A stretch of 64,000 nucleotides of DNA, from assembly GCA_037447605.1 (NCBI GenBank), contig CM074817.1, positions 1,364,001 through 1,428,000 of the forward strand. The letters are read 5' to 3'. The notes under the pieces were generated by a model, which searched no databases, was not told where the DNA came from, and was given only the letters and a program-made list of their open reading frames with translations. Source of the DNA: Zygnema circumcarinatum SAG 698-1b (taxonomy: Eukaryota; Plantae; Zygnematophyceae). The translations under genes were made by a program, and so were the position numbers. This document shows positions 1 through 10,092 of this stretch, piece by piece; position 1 is the stretch's first letter, and each line of letters starts with the position of its first letter.

Positions 1-75
1 TTGGACGATGAGAGGAAGGCGCGGATAATGGAGGAGGTGAATGCGGTGAAGGCAAGAGCTGACTGCTGCGAGTGA
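1..75 (+). CDS. Possible 3' end of a gene entering the window (LDDERKARIMEEVNAVKARADCCE*)
   Basis: Open frame from base 1 to TGA at 73-75 with coding-like composition, followed by AT-richer UTR-like sequence. No recognisable domain. Confidence 0.3.
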   Translation: MDDERKARIMEEVNAVKARADCCE

Positions 76-572
76 AGGATTGAAAGGAGGATGCGCGGCA
101 TCTTGTCTTTGCTTTAGGGTGCATCAAGTGTGAGAGAATGGCGGAATTCACTTTGAAGCGGTGGCGTTGCTGCTTTCAGTTAGTGTTACATTGTAGATTT
201 AGAACTATAAATGTTGATTGCTTACAACAGAGAAACAACATAAAGGTTAATGTTTATGTTAGTGTTAACAATGGTTGCAACAATACAAATTGGCATAGCA
301 GCGACCCTTTCTTTGTAACTATCTCGCTCTTACATTGACTTCGACAACAACAAACTGTTTGAAATACTCCCCATTTGCCGATGTATCTCCACTTGTTGGT
401 GCAGCAACCGCAATTGCAGGATCCATCTCCTTTGTTGTAAACATGATCTTAGCCAGCTTCTAATTGCCAGTCAAGAGAACATACAAAGCCAACAAAAAAT
501 GCACATACGAAACTCCATTTTTCTCTTTTTTACTCCCCTTAAGGGTTCAAAACAAAAAAAAAGGAAGGGAAT

Positions 573-670
573 TTCATTGAACTCACGATGGCAAGGCCAA
601 CAAATGTACATGGATAAAAGCATGATGTGGAACCACGAGGGACTGGTCGCAAAGGACCTAACTCAAAACT
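573..670 (-). mobile_element. 5'-truncated 3'-end copy of the CRE-type LINE found at 36.5-38.3 kb
   Basis: ttcattgaactcacgatggcaaggccaacaaatgtacatggataaaagc...ggaaccacgagggactggtcgcaaaggacc aligns with 36547-36635. Confidence 0.7.
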
Positions 671-1119
671 CTTTCAATACATAAACAAAAGGTATAACTC
701 GATGGTTTGGCCCACTACAGTTCTAGCCAATTATTACTCTCCAAAAAATCTCCAATAAATAAACCTTATCTTCCTCACTTAGCAGTTGTAGGGAAGATCC
801 ATCGTGAGCCATTCGTTAGGAGCGGAGATGGAGAGGGGCGCGCTAGGGAGTCGTTAGCGCTTGTGCATACGGGCTGTATTGATGAAGCACCACTTGCTCT
901 AAGGCCGAACTTGCTCTTTCCATAGTATTCCGATAAACTCCGATAAATTCCGATAAACTAAGTTCAAAAGACTCCAAAGCAAAGAACAGCACACAAGAAA
1001 ATATTGGAGAAAGTACTCAACCTAAAACTCCATTAAATTTAGCAAAGTTACAAAGGTAAAGCAAGAAGTGCCACCCCAAAAGTTCCAACTTCTAACCTTG
1101 CATTTTAACACCAAAGCAC

Positions 1120-1700
1120 CAAGGCAAGCCTTAACCCCTCCCGCACCCCTCCCGCACCTGTGAGAGGGTCGGCCATAGGCGAGGTGAAGCGCCTGCTGGT
1201 AAAGCAATAGGTGAAGTTGCAGTGGCAGGTGCTCCTCCCTCCTTCCTTGCCTTGCCTATTGCTCCCTCCCCTTCCCCCCTTTATTCTTTTTTTCTCGTTT
1301 TGTATATTCCCCCATTTGACATTGTTTATGATTTGTTTTATTTCTCCTTATTTCCATTTTAACCTTAGACATAATCCTCAATTTGCTGCTTCCTTTTTCT
1401 CTCTCCTTCTCTCTCTACGCGTGTGTGCAAACGCCGCTCTTTCTAGTCCGTCTGCCGACAACATTCCCTCCGTATCTCGTCAACTTTCAAAGTAGGTTCT
1501 TCCTTTGCAGAACACGGAGCCGGACAAAGAATGAAAGGCAACCCTTAGCCCCTCCCACACTTGCAAGAGGGTCGGCCATCCATGTCTATCCATATCGTGA
1601 TGAGCCGCCCCACTAACCCCATTATCTGCCATGTGACAGTGACTGGTTTACTATTGTATTGCATATTGTTGTTGTGATTTTGGGGTTCACACCGGACCCT
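1120..1700. repeat. Diverged direct-repeat modules A (1120-1340) and B (1440-1700) sharing a core aaaggcaacccttagcccc...gagggtcggccat
   Basis: Module B realigns at ~5950-6230 and module A at ~6735-6960. The core is seen four times (~1123, ~1535, ~6055, ~6737). Confidence 0.65.
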
Positions 1701-1919
1701 CCAACAGCCGTGTCTCTTCTTAGGTTCATCTTGGCCATGCCTGACTGCTCACTTGACTAGACAAAGAGAGATAAAATGTAAGGGAAAGCCCACTGGCTAA
1801 AAATCACTTAATAACACTCAATAACAGATACAACATGTGTAGGCAGTCTATTCCTAATACTAATACTGGCTCTATTTTACGTTTTGCAAAAGCATTTTGC
1901 TATGCTCTTATTGACTAGT

Positions 1920-2698
1920 TGTAACAAACCCGACCTCAGCAGGGTTTGAACACAAGACCTTCCGGTACCCACACCAGTGCTTTACCATTAAAAGGCAACC
2001 GCGGATGTAAGTACTAGGCCATACAACACATGTATAGCGTTTCGCTACATTCCTCCCCACCTAAACCGGGCTCGTCTTCGAGAGCACTCAAGGTTTTTCA
2101 CGAGCAGCGTTCAAGCTCTTTCAACACATGGACTACGGCCCTAGCCCCTCAGGCCACTAGGGGGACCGGACCCCGTAGCATGCTCAGAGATCACGGTGTT
2201 TTTAGGGTGGATCGCAAATACCGGGCACTGGTTCTGATACCAATGTAACAAACCTGCCAACTGCAAGGTTTGAACACAAGACCTCCCGGTACCCACACCA
2301 GTGCTTTACCATTAAAAGGCAACCGCGGATGTAAGTACTAGGCCATACAACACATGTATAGCGTTTCGCTACATTCCTCCCCACCTAAACCGGGCTCGTC
2401 CTCGAGCGCACTCAAGGTTTTTCACGAGCAGCGTTCAAGCTCCTTCAACACATGGACTACGGCCCTAGCCCCTCAGGCCACTAGGGGGACCGGACCCCGT
2501 AGCATGCTCAGAGATCACGGTGTTTTTAGGGTGGATCGCAAATACCGGGAATTAGGCTCTGATACCAATGTAACAAACCTGACCTCAGCAGGGTTTGAAC
2601 ACAAGACCTCCCGGTACCCACACCAGTGCTTTACCATTAAAAGGCAACCGCGGATGTAAGTACTAGGCCATACAACACATGTATAGCATTTTGCTACA
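1920..2698 (-). mobile_element. Tandem TRIM (non-autonomous LTR retroelement): LTR-internal-LTR-internal-LTR
   Basis: Three 130-bp LTRs (1920-2049, 2244-2373, 2569-2698) with TGTA...TACA ends. tRNA-iMet-type PBS on the minus strand (TGGTATCAGAACC / TGGTATCAGAGCC) next to LTR2 and LTR3. PPT (aggtggggaggaa) next to LTR1 and LTR2. Exact 5-bp TSD CTAGT at 1915-1919 and 2699-2703. Period 324/325 bp. Confidence 0.92.
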
Positions 2699-2879
2699 CT
2701 AGTCGACCCCTTCAACTCGCTACCTGCTACACGAGAATGCAGTGCTCCCCTACGCAGTAGGGTGAGGTTTCGAACCTCCCTATAAAGGTTCAAGGTCGAT
2801 TCAGGGTGGCTGTGCCTTTCTCCAAAGCGGGTATTTAAGTGGAGCTCACCGCAAACACTGACATGGTTTGCAGCGACTT

Positions 2880-3290
2880 TTTGCATTCGCTTGGTTCCTT
2901 AGGCGAGCTCGCCAAGTGACAAGAGCGGTAGGAGCTCTTCAATCCCGCAAACCCTAATGACAGTTTGCGCCACTTTTCGATGTGCGAGGTAATTGTCTAA
3001 AAACGTCACCACGTACGGCACGAACCAATAAGCAAACAGGTACTTGATCTGGTTCAACGCCAAGCCCCGCAGTGCCTACTTGGGGGAAGAACTTGGGGAG
3101 GATGCAAATATCGCGGATCCACACAACCATCTACACCATACAACGGTGTGCGACGAGATTATCAAGGGAAATGTCATGCGACACCAACCAAAATGCCAAG
3201 AGGTACTTCAATTGGTTGAGAGCCAGCGAGTCCACCACTCGCCAATGCGCTTGCAGGGAGACCTACTCTATCTCTTCCTAGCGAAAGTGG
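2880..3290 (-). pseudogene. Decayed copy 2 of an unidentified two-repeat protein (motif LALNQ[IL]KYL..YW)
   Basis: Minus-strand translation ...SLALNQLKYLLAFWLVSHD...*ALRGLALNQIKYLFAYWFVPYVVTFLDNYLAHRKV... with in-frame stops. Differences between motif copies are mostly at third codon positions. Confidence 0.5.
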
Positions 3291-3489
3291 CCTGTGCAAC
3301 AAAAGCAGGCACAGGCGCAACAACAAGCACGGGTCTTTTTGACAGTTCAAACCAAGAAAAAGAAATTAGCAAAAAAAAACGAGCTGAATCTCTTTGTAAA
3401 GTTAGTAATCCAAAGGAAGGGATGAGCAGAGGTGCGAACACTCATCAGTGCTCATCCATTATGGCGTGTAAAAGGCGAGCGACCATTTG

Positions 3490-3741
3490 AGTGGCGGCAG
3501 TAATGAGAGCTCTTTGATGCCACTTATGATGGCTCGTGCCACATTGTAGTGCACAACCAAGTCGTTTGACTATTTGACCAAGTAAGGAATTGCCCAATGG
3601 GCGAGCAGATATTGGATTTGGTTGAGGGCCAACCTCTCCAGCGTTTGCTTAGGGGAGAGCAAGAGCTTGGGGAGGGTCTCGATGCCCTGGATCTACACCA
3701 CCGTATGGGCTACGTGACTGTGGGCGGCGAGGTTGTTGGGG
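3490..3741 (-). pseudogene. 3' half of decayed copy 1 of the LALNQ repeat-protein gene
   Basis: Translation NNLAAHSHVAHTVV*IQGIETLPKLLLSPKQTLERLALNQIQYLLAHWAIPYLVK*... is colinear with copy 2. Confidence 0.5.
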
Positions 3742-5469
3742 TGTTGCATAGTCACTGTGAAACTATCGTATCGACAAGTCACAACATGGACATGCTAATG
3801 TGTCAGGCGGCATGCAAACAGTATTGAGATAGTCCAAGACTGAGTCAAACGCGTTAGGCAAGCTTGTCGAGCTTGGCAATGTCGTCAAGTACAAGGGCGA
3901 CATCCTACTATACTTGCCATCACTCTACGAGTGGTCCAATATCGTGTCAGAAGAAGCACAAGTGGAGTTGTCACGCCCTGTTGGTGCCAGCAACGCCACT
4001 GTCAACTATACGACAGCAGTCAAGCCTTATCTGAGACTGCTAGAGAAGAACGCGCTTGTAGTGTTATCACTACCAGTCAATTTTTGTGTTGGCAGTGTCA
4101 GGTACAAAGTCACACTCGCAGATGACAAGCTGGTGTTCAAACAGGCAAACGTGTGTGACGACAGCCGCACACATGCTCAAGACCGGCCTCTCTTGAGTCG
4201 AACGCGTTAGGCAAGCTTGTCGAACTTGGCAATGTCGTCAAGTACAAGGGCGACATCCTGCTATACTTGCCATCACTCCACGAGTGGTCCAATATTATAT
4301 TAGAAGAGGCACAAGTGGAGTTGTCACGCGCTGTTGGTGCCAGCAACGTCACTGTCAACTACATGACAGCAGTCAGGCCTTATCTGAGATTGCTAGAGAA
4401 GAATGCGCTCGTGGTGTCGTCATTGCCAGCTAGTGTCTGTGTCGGCAGTGTAAAGTACAAAGTCACACTCGCAGATGAAAAGCTGGTGTTCGAACAAGCA
4501 GATGTGTGTAACGACAGCCGTACACACATGCTCAAGACCGGCCTCTTTAGGCTGACCATTGACAACGACCATTACCCCGTCAGCTGGCTGTTCAATGACG
4601 TCTGCTCGGTGTCTTTCTACCTGTCGAGATTGTTCGTGTACGACAAGGAGTACCAATGCCTCATGTGGTTAATAGGCAACGCGCTGTTGGACCCACAAGA
4701 CTCGACCTACTTCACGATGCTATACGGGTTTGGTGGCAATGGCAAGTCGACGCTCATGTCGTGTCTGAGGTTACTACTAGCAGGCTGTTGTAGACCTGCA
4801 GATGTTAGTGGCATCATGTCAAAGAGCATGTCCAGGGTCGAGACTAATATTGTGCAGATGCTGTCATCTATCAGGGTTGCCATGTGTGGTGATGTAGACT
4901 TGGGCGTTGGTAAAGTCAACAGCCACTACATCAAGGTCACTATTGGTGGTGATCTGACGTCAGTGCCACCATTCAGTGCCACCATCAGGGCCACGATACT
5001 CATTGGCACCAACACGCTACCGTCTTGGGATGCCAACATCAAGCTAAGATTGCCTGCCATACATCGACGTGTCAGGGTGATACATATGACAGTGGACGCC
5101 CTGTCACTCAAAGACGACAAGATGACGTCAGACAAGCGTGACCACATGTCTTGGATATACAGATGTGTCTATACACGAATATCATTGACACATCCACCAA
5201 TGTTAACACAATCGTTGTTGATGTCACTCTTGTATGATAAATATACCAAAGTTTTGGAGTACGTGACTATAGACGACAAGACAACGCTGGCTCAGTGTGT
5301 GACAGTGACGACGATGATATGTGCCATCAAAGGCATTAGTCATGACACTATCAATACGTCACTAAGATACTACGGATCAGAGCGCCGAGTCACAGTCAGT
5401 AGTATCAACTACATAGCAGGCATAAGACCCACCAACAGTGTAGTGTCAAAGGGGGTGTGAGTGTTGTGT
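3742..5469 (+). pseudogene. Virus/plasmid-type D5-like primase-helicase (SF3) gene fragment, 5'-truncated, with an internal 353-bp tandem duplication; longest ORF 4267-5460
   Basis: Walker A GFGGNGKST, Walker B-like VAMCGD, motif C LIGTN, Arg-finger-like AIHRRVRVI, and an upstream D5_N-like segment (VVKYKGDILLYLPSLHEW). No introns. The block at ~3842 is duplicated at ~4195. An in-frame TAG lies upstream. Confidence 0.75.
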
Positions 5470-5600
5470 GGGGGGTGCGTCGTAAGACACCACCCAGAAA
5501 ACCAACAGGAACTTTAACTGGTTCAAAGCAAGTGAGTCCACCACGCGCCAACGCGCTTGTAGGGAGACGGCTTTGATAGCCATGGCGACAACAGTGGAGC
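5470..5600 (-). pseudogene. 5' half of decayed copy 1 of the LALNQ repeat-protein gene
   Basis: MAIKAVSLQARWRVVDSLALNQLKFLLVFWVVSYD aligns with 3170-3270 of copy 2 and stops at the helicase insertion. Confidence 0.5.
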
Positions 5601-5949
5601 GGAGAGAAACAAGAAGGAAAAAGAAAGGCGAGAAAAAAGTGAGAGAATGATCATAATTGGAAAGGCGTCCCAATTTATATAGCTTGGGACAAGACATCAC
5701 ATGATGCGTTATGACAAAACCTCAACTTTCTTAAATGTAGGGAATTGAACATTGACATGACATTGATGTCGGTGAACATTTATTGCATCACCCTTAGATA
5801 CGGCTCGGGACGGTACGAGATGTCCCCTTCCCGCATGCCACAAATATCGATGAGTGTTAATCGATCAATGAGACTACGTTTTTGGCAAGGCCAAGCGCGC
5901 CACTTGGCAGCGTGCGTTTGAAAATGCCAAAGCGCACAAATTCAATGAC

Positions 5950-6960
5950 GGCCTCAAAGTACCAACAACATTCCCTCTGCACCCCGTTGGCTTTCCAAGT
6001 ACAAGTAATTTTTTTTGTTTCTCCTTTACAAAACACAGAGTCGGATAGAGAACGAAAGGCCCTTAACCCCCCCCGCACGTGCGAGAGGGTCGGCCATCCA
6101 TATCCATTCGTATCGTGATGAACCGCCCCACTAACCCCTTTATCTGCTATATGTCAGTGACCGATTCAAAGTTGTATTGCATATTGTGATATGCCGACCC
6201 ACTAACCCTTTTTATGTCATATTGTGACAATCGATTTAATGCTATTGTAATGCGATCTAACACGACAGTGGTGCGCGACAAAGGGAAAAGGGAAAAGGGA
6301 AAAGGGTGGAGGGGGAGGCAGTAGGGGAAGGGGGGAAGAGAGGTGAGGTGAAGTGTAGGACTTTTTTGTCGCGTTCCCCTTTTTGTATTCCCATAGCGTC
6401 CCTTGCGCTGGTTTAGTCGCTCGCAAGCTTGCAAAGGTAGCTTCCTTAAAAGAGACTTGACTTAAGAACAAGTACTTTTCTCCATTTTTCATCATTTTTT
6501 GCAACCTTGCCTAAGGCAATCGCGAGACTAAGAGTGTTAATCTTCACCGACAAAAAAATGGTTCAAATGGTTGCCACGTAGTTGTTGCCCTGCCTCTACC
6601 CGCGTGCTGACCTGACCCTCACGTAGAGGGCTGCATGCAGCCACAAATGTTTTGAGACTTGCCTAATAGAGCAAGAAGATACAAAGCCCGAAGCCGGAAC
6701 TCTTCTTCTGCAAAATGCAGAACCGAATGTAAAACAAAAGGCAACCCTTAGCCTTTCTTGCATTTGCGAGAGAGTGAGCCATGAGCAAAGTGGGGCGCTT
6801 ACTAGTGAAATAGCAGGCGAAATTACAATGGCTAGTGCTTTTCCTTCCCTCCCTGCTTTGCCTATTACTCCCTCCCCTTCCCCCCTTTGTCATTTTTTTC
6901 TCTTTTTGTATGTTTCTTCCTTTGACATTGTCTGTAATTTGTTTTATATTTTTGCTTTTT
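5950..6960. repeat. Second copies of modules B (5950-6230) and A (6735-6960)
   Basis: Direct, diverged matches to 1440-1700 and 1120-1340, in swapped order. Confidence 0.6.
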
Positions 6961-7740
6961 TTTTCGTGCTTATTGCATGTGCTATTAAGGGAAGCTCAAC
7001 CTTTAGCGATCAAATTGCTCTCGTTTTCTTCCTCTTCAAAAATTTACATCTGCATAACTTTTTTGAGCTTTAATCTTATCTTCATCCTATTCTATCCTAT
7101 TTTACTTTATTCTATCCTATTTTATCTTATTCTATCTTGCATTGTTGCATCTTTCTTTAGTATACAACAAAAGTTCAAGGTTAAAATTAAGGTTCAAAAT
7201 AAGAATTTAGGTTAAAGACTAAAATATGTATTCTTTGAAAAAATGATACACTTCATGTGCATAAAATCACCTCAAAATGTTCTCTTGTCCTTGTAAATTC
7301 CTCTTTGTTGTTATTAGAGAAGTGGCAAAAACGCCTTTTGATCAAACAATCACTTTCTTTAAAAATAAAACTCAACTAATTACCTTTGTAAAAAATTTGC
7401 AAACTCTTTTTATAAAAAATGCTAAAGAAATTGTGAAGGAAACGCTTTGAAGGAAAAGGCTTATATAGCCTTATTTTGAGAGAAAGTCAAAAAAAGCTTA
7501 CAATGGGAACATTTTTAGCCACTTGTTTTCATGTATGACTCTCACGTTTATTTACAATAGTAACAAAATTGCGACCCTAAAAGTGTACCTTTTTTTATGC
7601 CTTCTCACACAAATACCTTGCACAAAGCTTTTATACAGCTGCTACAAAGAAAAAGGTTCTACACTTAACATCTTTTTTACTCTAAGCCTCAATCTTTATT
7701 GTACACTTGTACAACACACATCTATCAGACTTAACAAATG

Positions 7741-7965
7741 TGTAGTAACCTCTAGTGCGTGTCAAAGGCAATCTCATGCCACGTGATGCCTTGCCAATAG
7801 CGCTTTGCCAGTGGCTAGATCTACTCCTAATCCCTTACACTTGAAAAAGGGTTCGACACAGGGAGCTGAGGGGCATTAGTGAGCTCTTAAAGCTCGCTGA
7901 AAATTAGCACTAGAGAGAGTGTTAGGGTAAAGGGTTCAAGCATCTTACTACATTAGAATCAGAGC
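7741..7965 (+). mobile_element. Possible degenerate LTR (7741-7952) followed by a decayed PBS
   Basis: 8-bp inverted ends TGTAGTAA...TTACTACA, followed by ttagaatcagagc (2 mismatches to ttggtatcagagc). No partner LTR found in the window. Confidence 0.35.
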
Positions 7966-8536
7966 AATTTAATCTTTTTGATTTCTTTCTTGGGTATATG
8001 TGGGGGTGCTTTCCCCAATCTTCTAGTTTGCGAGGGCCTCAGCCTCTCTTTTACGTCTCCGCATACACTAAATGGCTGGCCTTTGCTCAACCAAACCGTG
8101 CCCATGCCGGCTCTCTCGGCGCTTACAATGTGTGAGAGGGGCAGAGGGATGAGAAGCAAATTCACCTTCCACCCTTTCTCCCTCTTCACTGTCCATGGAA
8201 ACTTCCCTCCTGGTGCCCGCAGCACTCTCACTCATTTTTCACTCACGTGCATACACAACACACGAGAGGCGGAATAGAAAAACGTAAGAGAGAAAGCTCC
8301 CAGCCTAAAACTCCTTTATGATGACAAGCTTTCCAACTCAAGCCCCCATAAGCCTAGTCAAGCTTTCACCACATGATCACTTCACCTTCACGTGAGGCAG
8401 CTCTCCACACACGGAGACTCCTCACAAAGGTCCACCTCCTGTTGCCAAAGCCATGCCTTCAAACTGCCATAGCCTTGCAATGCATATCAAGAAGGTTTCT
8501 AACTTACACACCCACTCTCACTATATAGTATGGGGC

Positions 8537-8561
8537 TGTGACGTGACCATGTCACGTCACA
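8537..8561. repeat. Perfect 11-bp-stem palindrome tgtgacgtgac-cat-gtcacgtcaca
   Basis: Read directly from the sequence. Contains TGACGT bZIP-type cores. Confidence 0.8.
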
Positions 8562-9162
8562 CGCGCCGGGACCATGCATGCAACAACCTTATTCAAACAA
8601 CCTAAATAAACTACTTCGTGTCTTGCTATGCATAGTACACCCAGCCTGGCAACGTACCAACACCACCGCTCTAACCCAGATGGCCATGTACTCTACCGCC
8701 GAGCTGAACTTCCCGCCGTCACCCACAAGGACTATCTTCCGTACGCAAAGTAGGCTCCGCCGACTCCACCGACTTCGCCGCCTTTTGCCGCCGCATCAGT
8801 CCACGATTCCGTACGCCAGGACCGATTCCTCGGCGCGGTACCAAATGTCGGACTCCCGGCCGTACTGTCCGTACCGACCGTACGGTCCGTGCGGTCCGTA
8901 CTATCCGTACGGTTGCGCGGTCGGTCTCGCCGCCGCGCGCACGCTGAAGTAAGTCCGTCCCCATACATGTTACACCTAGAAGCACACCCCTAGGAACTAA
9001 GCGCCAACACAAACATGCTAATCTAAACTAACTATGTACACTAACACAATGAAACCCTAATCTATATTTCTCCCAGGTCCCACAATATTGGTCGTACGCT
9101 CCCTACACCTAAAACTCGTTTTTCTCATCTTCAGGGGATACCAGACGCAAGATTCCAGAATT

Positions 9163-9366
9163 GTGACCGTTGGATTTACCACGTGTACCATATTGCCAAG
9201 TTTTGACCGTTGGATTTTCGTTTACGAGAGAGTATGTGGACTGTTGGATGATCCACGTATGCATTCGCAGAGCCCCGACCGTTGAATTCCCAAGTGTCTC
9301 TTTGCAGAATTTGGACCGTTGGATTGCCTCGTCGCGCGAGAGAGCCGAGCTTTCAAACCGTTGGAT
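9163..9366. promoter_or_regulatory. Regularly spaced array of six GACCGTTGGAT-like motifs, some coupled to CCACGT, upstream of the 10.1-kb gene
   Basis: Copies near 9165, 9205, 9238, 9277, 9314 and 9355 (about 33-41 bp apart). The reverse complement matches the ACGTGG-N3-ATCCAACGG units at 51.3 and 59.6 kb. Confidence 0.5.
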
Positions 9367-9423
9367 GTGCTCGGTTGAACTCTCGTCACAGTACCATCGG
9401 TTGGTCGGTTAGGGGGTGCAGCT

Positions 9424-9483
9424 TTAGGGTTAGGGTTAGGGTTAGAGTTAGGGTTAGGGTTAGGGTTAGGGTTAGGGTTAGGA
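9424..9483 (+). repeat. Interstitial (TTAGGG)n array, ~10 units, at the probable transcription start of the 10.1-kb gene
   Basis: 8 perfect TTAGGG units plus 2 variants. Confidence 0.9.
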
Positions 9484-10092
9484 GTAAGGCAGTCAGGGGC
9501 TTCAGTAGATGATGGATGGCTCACCTTTTGCATTCTCAGTCGGGCATGAAAGACTCGTTTGGACTGCTGAAGATGGAAAGGATAGGAATTTGTTAGCATA
9601 AGCAAGTGATGGGGCCATTCGGATCCTGGAGATTCAGTAGAGGTGAGTGCCAATGGACCTAAATTATACGCTTGTTGGTTTTTCCAGAAGTCAAAATTGC
9701 TGCAACAAGTCAAGAGTTTGATGGAGTGAAGGGTTCAAACTCTACAATAGCAGGCTCGTCATGATCGCAGATCTGAATGCTTCTTCTTTACCGTCTCGTG
9801 GTACATGTAGGTCAATTTTGAGATGTTCTCAAAATTGAATATTGAAAATCTCAAAATCAATCCAAATTGAAATCTTAACATTTTCAAAAGCGGGCAGACG
9901 TGAGTCTTTGACGGGTGTGGCATCAGCTTTTTGTACAATATGTTGTTTCTTTTCCTCCTTCCTGCTTTTCTCTCTTTTTCTCGACCAGTCATCATTCGAA
10001 CACTTGAGTGTGTCTTCTCATTGAGCTCCTCTTTTTGTTGCAGTAAAAACTTGAATTCTGTGCAGTTAGGTGGAGTTGGCGTTGCTACTATT

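Noticed and set aside
1590-1620. Hammerhead ribozyme / Penelope pLTR in module B (gtgatgagccg)
   Set aside because: Lacks the CUGANGA core and a properly placed GAAA with flanking stems.
1932-2004. Functional tRNA-Pro gene
   Set aside because: The T-stem and acceptor stem do not pair and the anticodon loop is 6 nt. It is treated as a tRNA-derived module, not a tRNA gene.
2005-2025. 5S rRNA C-box-like string agtactagg in the TRIM LTR (Cassandra identity)
   Set aside because: Only 9 nt match, it is antisense to the PBS-defined element strand, and there is no 5S A-box context.
9163-9366. CRISPR-like array (regularly interspaced repeats)
   Set aside because: Repeats are only ~11 bp, degenerate and non-palindromic, the spacers partly resemble each other, there are no cas genes, and the context is eukaryotic.
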